Virus genome (UHGV): UHGV-1592266
Strand: one strand, 5' to 3'
Length of the DNA: 17,097 bases
Source: a virus
Every line of letters starts with the position of its first letter. Positions within the stretch are counted from its first letter, which is position 1. A program made the translations under genes and the position numbers. Under the pieces are notes generated by a model. The model searched no databases and was not told the origin of the DNA. It saw only the letters and a list, made by a program, of their open reading frames with translations. This document shows positions 15,694 to 17,097 of the stretch, piece by piece.

Positions 15694-15983
15694 TGGCCAA
15701 TCTACGCAAAGAAGCACGCGGCAGAGAATGTCAGGTACGTATTTACGGCGTATGCAATGGCAATCCTGAAACTACAGTTCTGGCGCATTACCGGATGGCT
15801 GGAATTTGCGGAACGGGAATGAAGCCTGACGACCTGATCGGCGCATGGGCTTGTAGTGACTGCCACGCGGAGATCGACCGACGCACAATGATTCTCGACA
15901 ACAAAGACGCCAGACTTTACCACCTCGAAGGCGTGATCAGGACGCAGGCGATACTGCTGAAGGAGGGGAAGATTAAGCCATGA
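15693..15983 (+). CDS. ybcO: YbcO-like protein (DUF1364, putative nuclease of the nin region)
   Basis: MANLRKEARGRECQVRIYGVCNGNPETTVLAHYRMAGICGTGMKPDDLIGAWACSDCHAEIDRR matches recalled E. coli DLP12 YbcO (96 aa). Confidence 0.7.
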   Translation: MANLRKEARGRECQVRIYGVCNGNPETTVLAHYRMAGICGTGMKPDDLIGAWACSDCHAEIDRRTMILDNKDARLYHLEGVIRTQAILLKEGKIKP

Positions 15984-16342
15984 ACGAATATCAGTTTGTG
16001 CTTCCATACCCGCCGTCGGTGAACACCTACTGGCGAAGACGGGGAAGCCAATACTACATCAGCGATAAAGGCCAGAAATACCGAAAAGACGTTCAGCAAA
16101 TCATCCGCCAACTCAAGTTAGACATTTTCACCAAATCACGACTCCGCATCAAAGTAATCGCAGACGTTCCAGACTCCCGCCGCCGCGACCTCGATAACAT
16201 CCTGAAAGGTTTACTCGATTCCCTTATCCACGCAGGATTTGCGGAAGACGACGAGCAATTCGATGACATTCGCGTAATTCGTGGCGTGAAAGTACCAGGC
16301 GGACGGCTTGGAATAAAAATCACCGAACTGGAGAACGTATGA
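15980..16342 (+). CDS. rusA: RusA Holliday-junction resolvase
   Basis: ...LPYPPSVNTYWRRRG...DVPDSRRRDLDNILKGLLDSLIHAGFAEDDEQ...GGRLGIKITELE parallels E. coli RusA (..LPWPPSNNRYYR...[26 protein letters not shown]...GGRLELTITEM). Confidence 0.85.
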   Translation: MNEYQFVLPYPPSVNTYWRRRGSQYYISDKGQKYRKDVQQIIRQLKLDIFTKSRLRIKVIADVPDSRRRDLDNILKGLLDSLIHAGFAEDDEQFDDIRVIRGVKVPGGRLGIKITELENV

Positions 16343-16527
16343 ACGCCACAATTCAAACGATACCAGAGCTTCTTATCCAGACACGAGGCAATCAGACCGA
16401 AGTGGCGAGGATGCTTTCCTGCGCAAGAGGAACAGTGCTCAAGTACAACCGAGACAGCAAAGGCGAGCGTCACGTAATAGTTAACGGCGTCCTGATGGTC
16501 AAACAGGGCAAGAGGGGAAGACGATGA
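16339..16527 (+). CDS. ninH: NinH-like protein
   Basis: ...TIPELLIQTRGNQTEVARMLSCARGTVLKYNRDSKGERHVIVNGVLMV resembles lambda NinH (..TIPDMLVEAYGNQTEVARRLKCSRGTVRKY..). Confidence 0.7.
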   Translation: MNATIQTIPELLIQTRGNQTEVARMLSCARGTVLKYNRDSKGERHVIVNGVLMVKQGKRGRR

Positions 16528-17012
16528 GCATAAGAGAAATAAACCTCACCAAAGAACAGCACGATTGGCTGAATGGCTGGCTTGAACTGTGGGGCGCATG
16601 GGTTTATTCAGGTCGTCTGGAAAAGCGCATGAGCAGCGTAATAGCGAAGTTCATGGAGAGCGTAGAGCCGGGAAGAGTTATGACAAGGCCAATGTGTAAT
16701 GATGATGATGGAATGTTGATTTCTCAGGTCGTCGATTCCGTCATGTGCATTGACAAGAAAGCCTTTGGCATCCTCCTCAGCTACTACGCTCATGGATCTT
16801 CCAAGCATGCCATTGCATCTTACTATCATCGTGTCGCAAGACCTCGCAAGATGTTATGCCGGGGCGGCGGGCGTATTCAAAAACCATCGCTCGCAACCTG
16901 TCGCCGGGAAGTTGACGAAATCCTCAATGCTTCGTTGTTTATGATTTACCCAGTTCTGGATAGTGCGTTTAAAAACCGGAAACGTGTAGAGAAAATTAAA
17001 CATGTAGCATAG
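16524..17012 (+). CDS. Q: Late-gene antiterminator Q (phage 82 / QuuD-type family)
   Basis: Motifs ELWGAWV and RPMCNDDDGMLI resemble recalled E. coli QuuD (ERWGAWA, RPQCCDDDAMII). Last gene before a candidate late promoter. Confidence 0.6.
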   Translation: MSIREINLTKEQHDWLNGWLELWGAWVYSGRLEKRMSSVIAKFMESVEPGRVMTRPMCNDDDGMLISQVVDSVMCIDKKAFGILLSYYAHGSSKHAIASYYHRVARPRKMLCRGGGRIQKPSLATCRREVDEILNASLFMIYPVLDSAFKNRKRVEKIKHVA

Positions 17013-17018
17013 AACGTG

Positions 17019-17097
17019 TTGACATCATTGAGCAAATGAGCAACACTATTCGCATAAGCTGCCGTTAGTGACTCTTAAGTTGCAACGGTGGCTTTTT
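17019..17097 (+). promoter_or_regulatory. Candidate pR' late promoter and start of the Q-modified short transcript (truncated)
   Basis: TTGACA at 17019..17024 lies 7 nt after the Q stop. No clean -10 hexamer was found. An imperfect dyad (CCGTT...AACGG) precedes a terminal TTTTT at the window edge. Confidence 0.3.

Noticed and set aside
15143-15717. Overlapping ORFs on both strands within the antirepressor gene
   Set aside because: They are alternative-frame or antisense readings inside a gene with clear Rha/antirepressor motifs.

Overview
This window is the early/immunity region of a mosaic lambdoid prophage of the enterobacterial (E. coli/Salmonella) type. All homology calls rest on recalled protein and site sequences; no database search was run. 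Coordinates 1-8525 are one leftward (minus-strand) pL-type operon: N, a small Cys-rich ORF, a membrane protein, an AT-rich accessory block of two 2-gene cassettes, a coiled-coil protein, cIII, a Kil-like ORF, Erf, an SSB-like protein, then Ea22-like / HNH-endonuclease / DUF551-like genes running off the left edge. Coordinates 8794-10379 are the immunity region: nutL, OL/pL with three ACAA-N6-TTGT operators, a secreted protein translationally coupled to cI, a phage-434-type cI and cro with three 434-type OR operators, and nutR. Coordinates 10459-17012 are the rightward pR operon: cII, an inserted T5orf172 (GIY-YIG-like) gene, O with ori iterons, a DnaC-like loader in place of P, Ren, nin-region genes (NinB, Rha-type antirepressor, YbcO-like, RusA, NinH) and a Q antiterminator, with a possible pR' start at the right edge. 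No rRNA, tRNA, CRISPR array or transposase was seen. The best candidates for an undescribed system are: the cassette block at 6299-8011; the T5orf172 gene between cII and O; and the secreted protein at the rexAB position.
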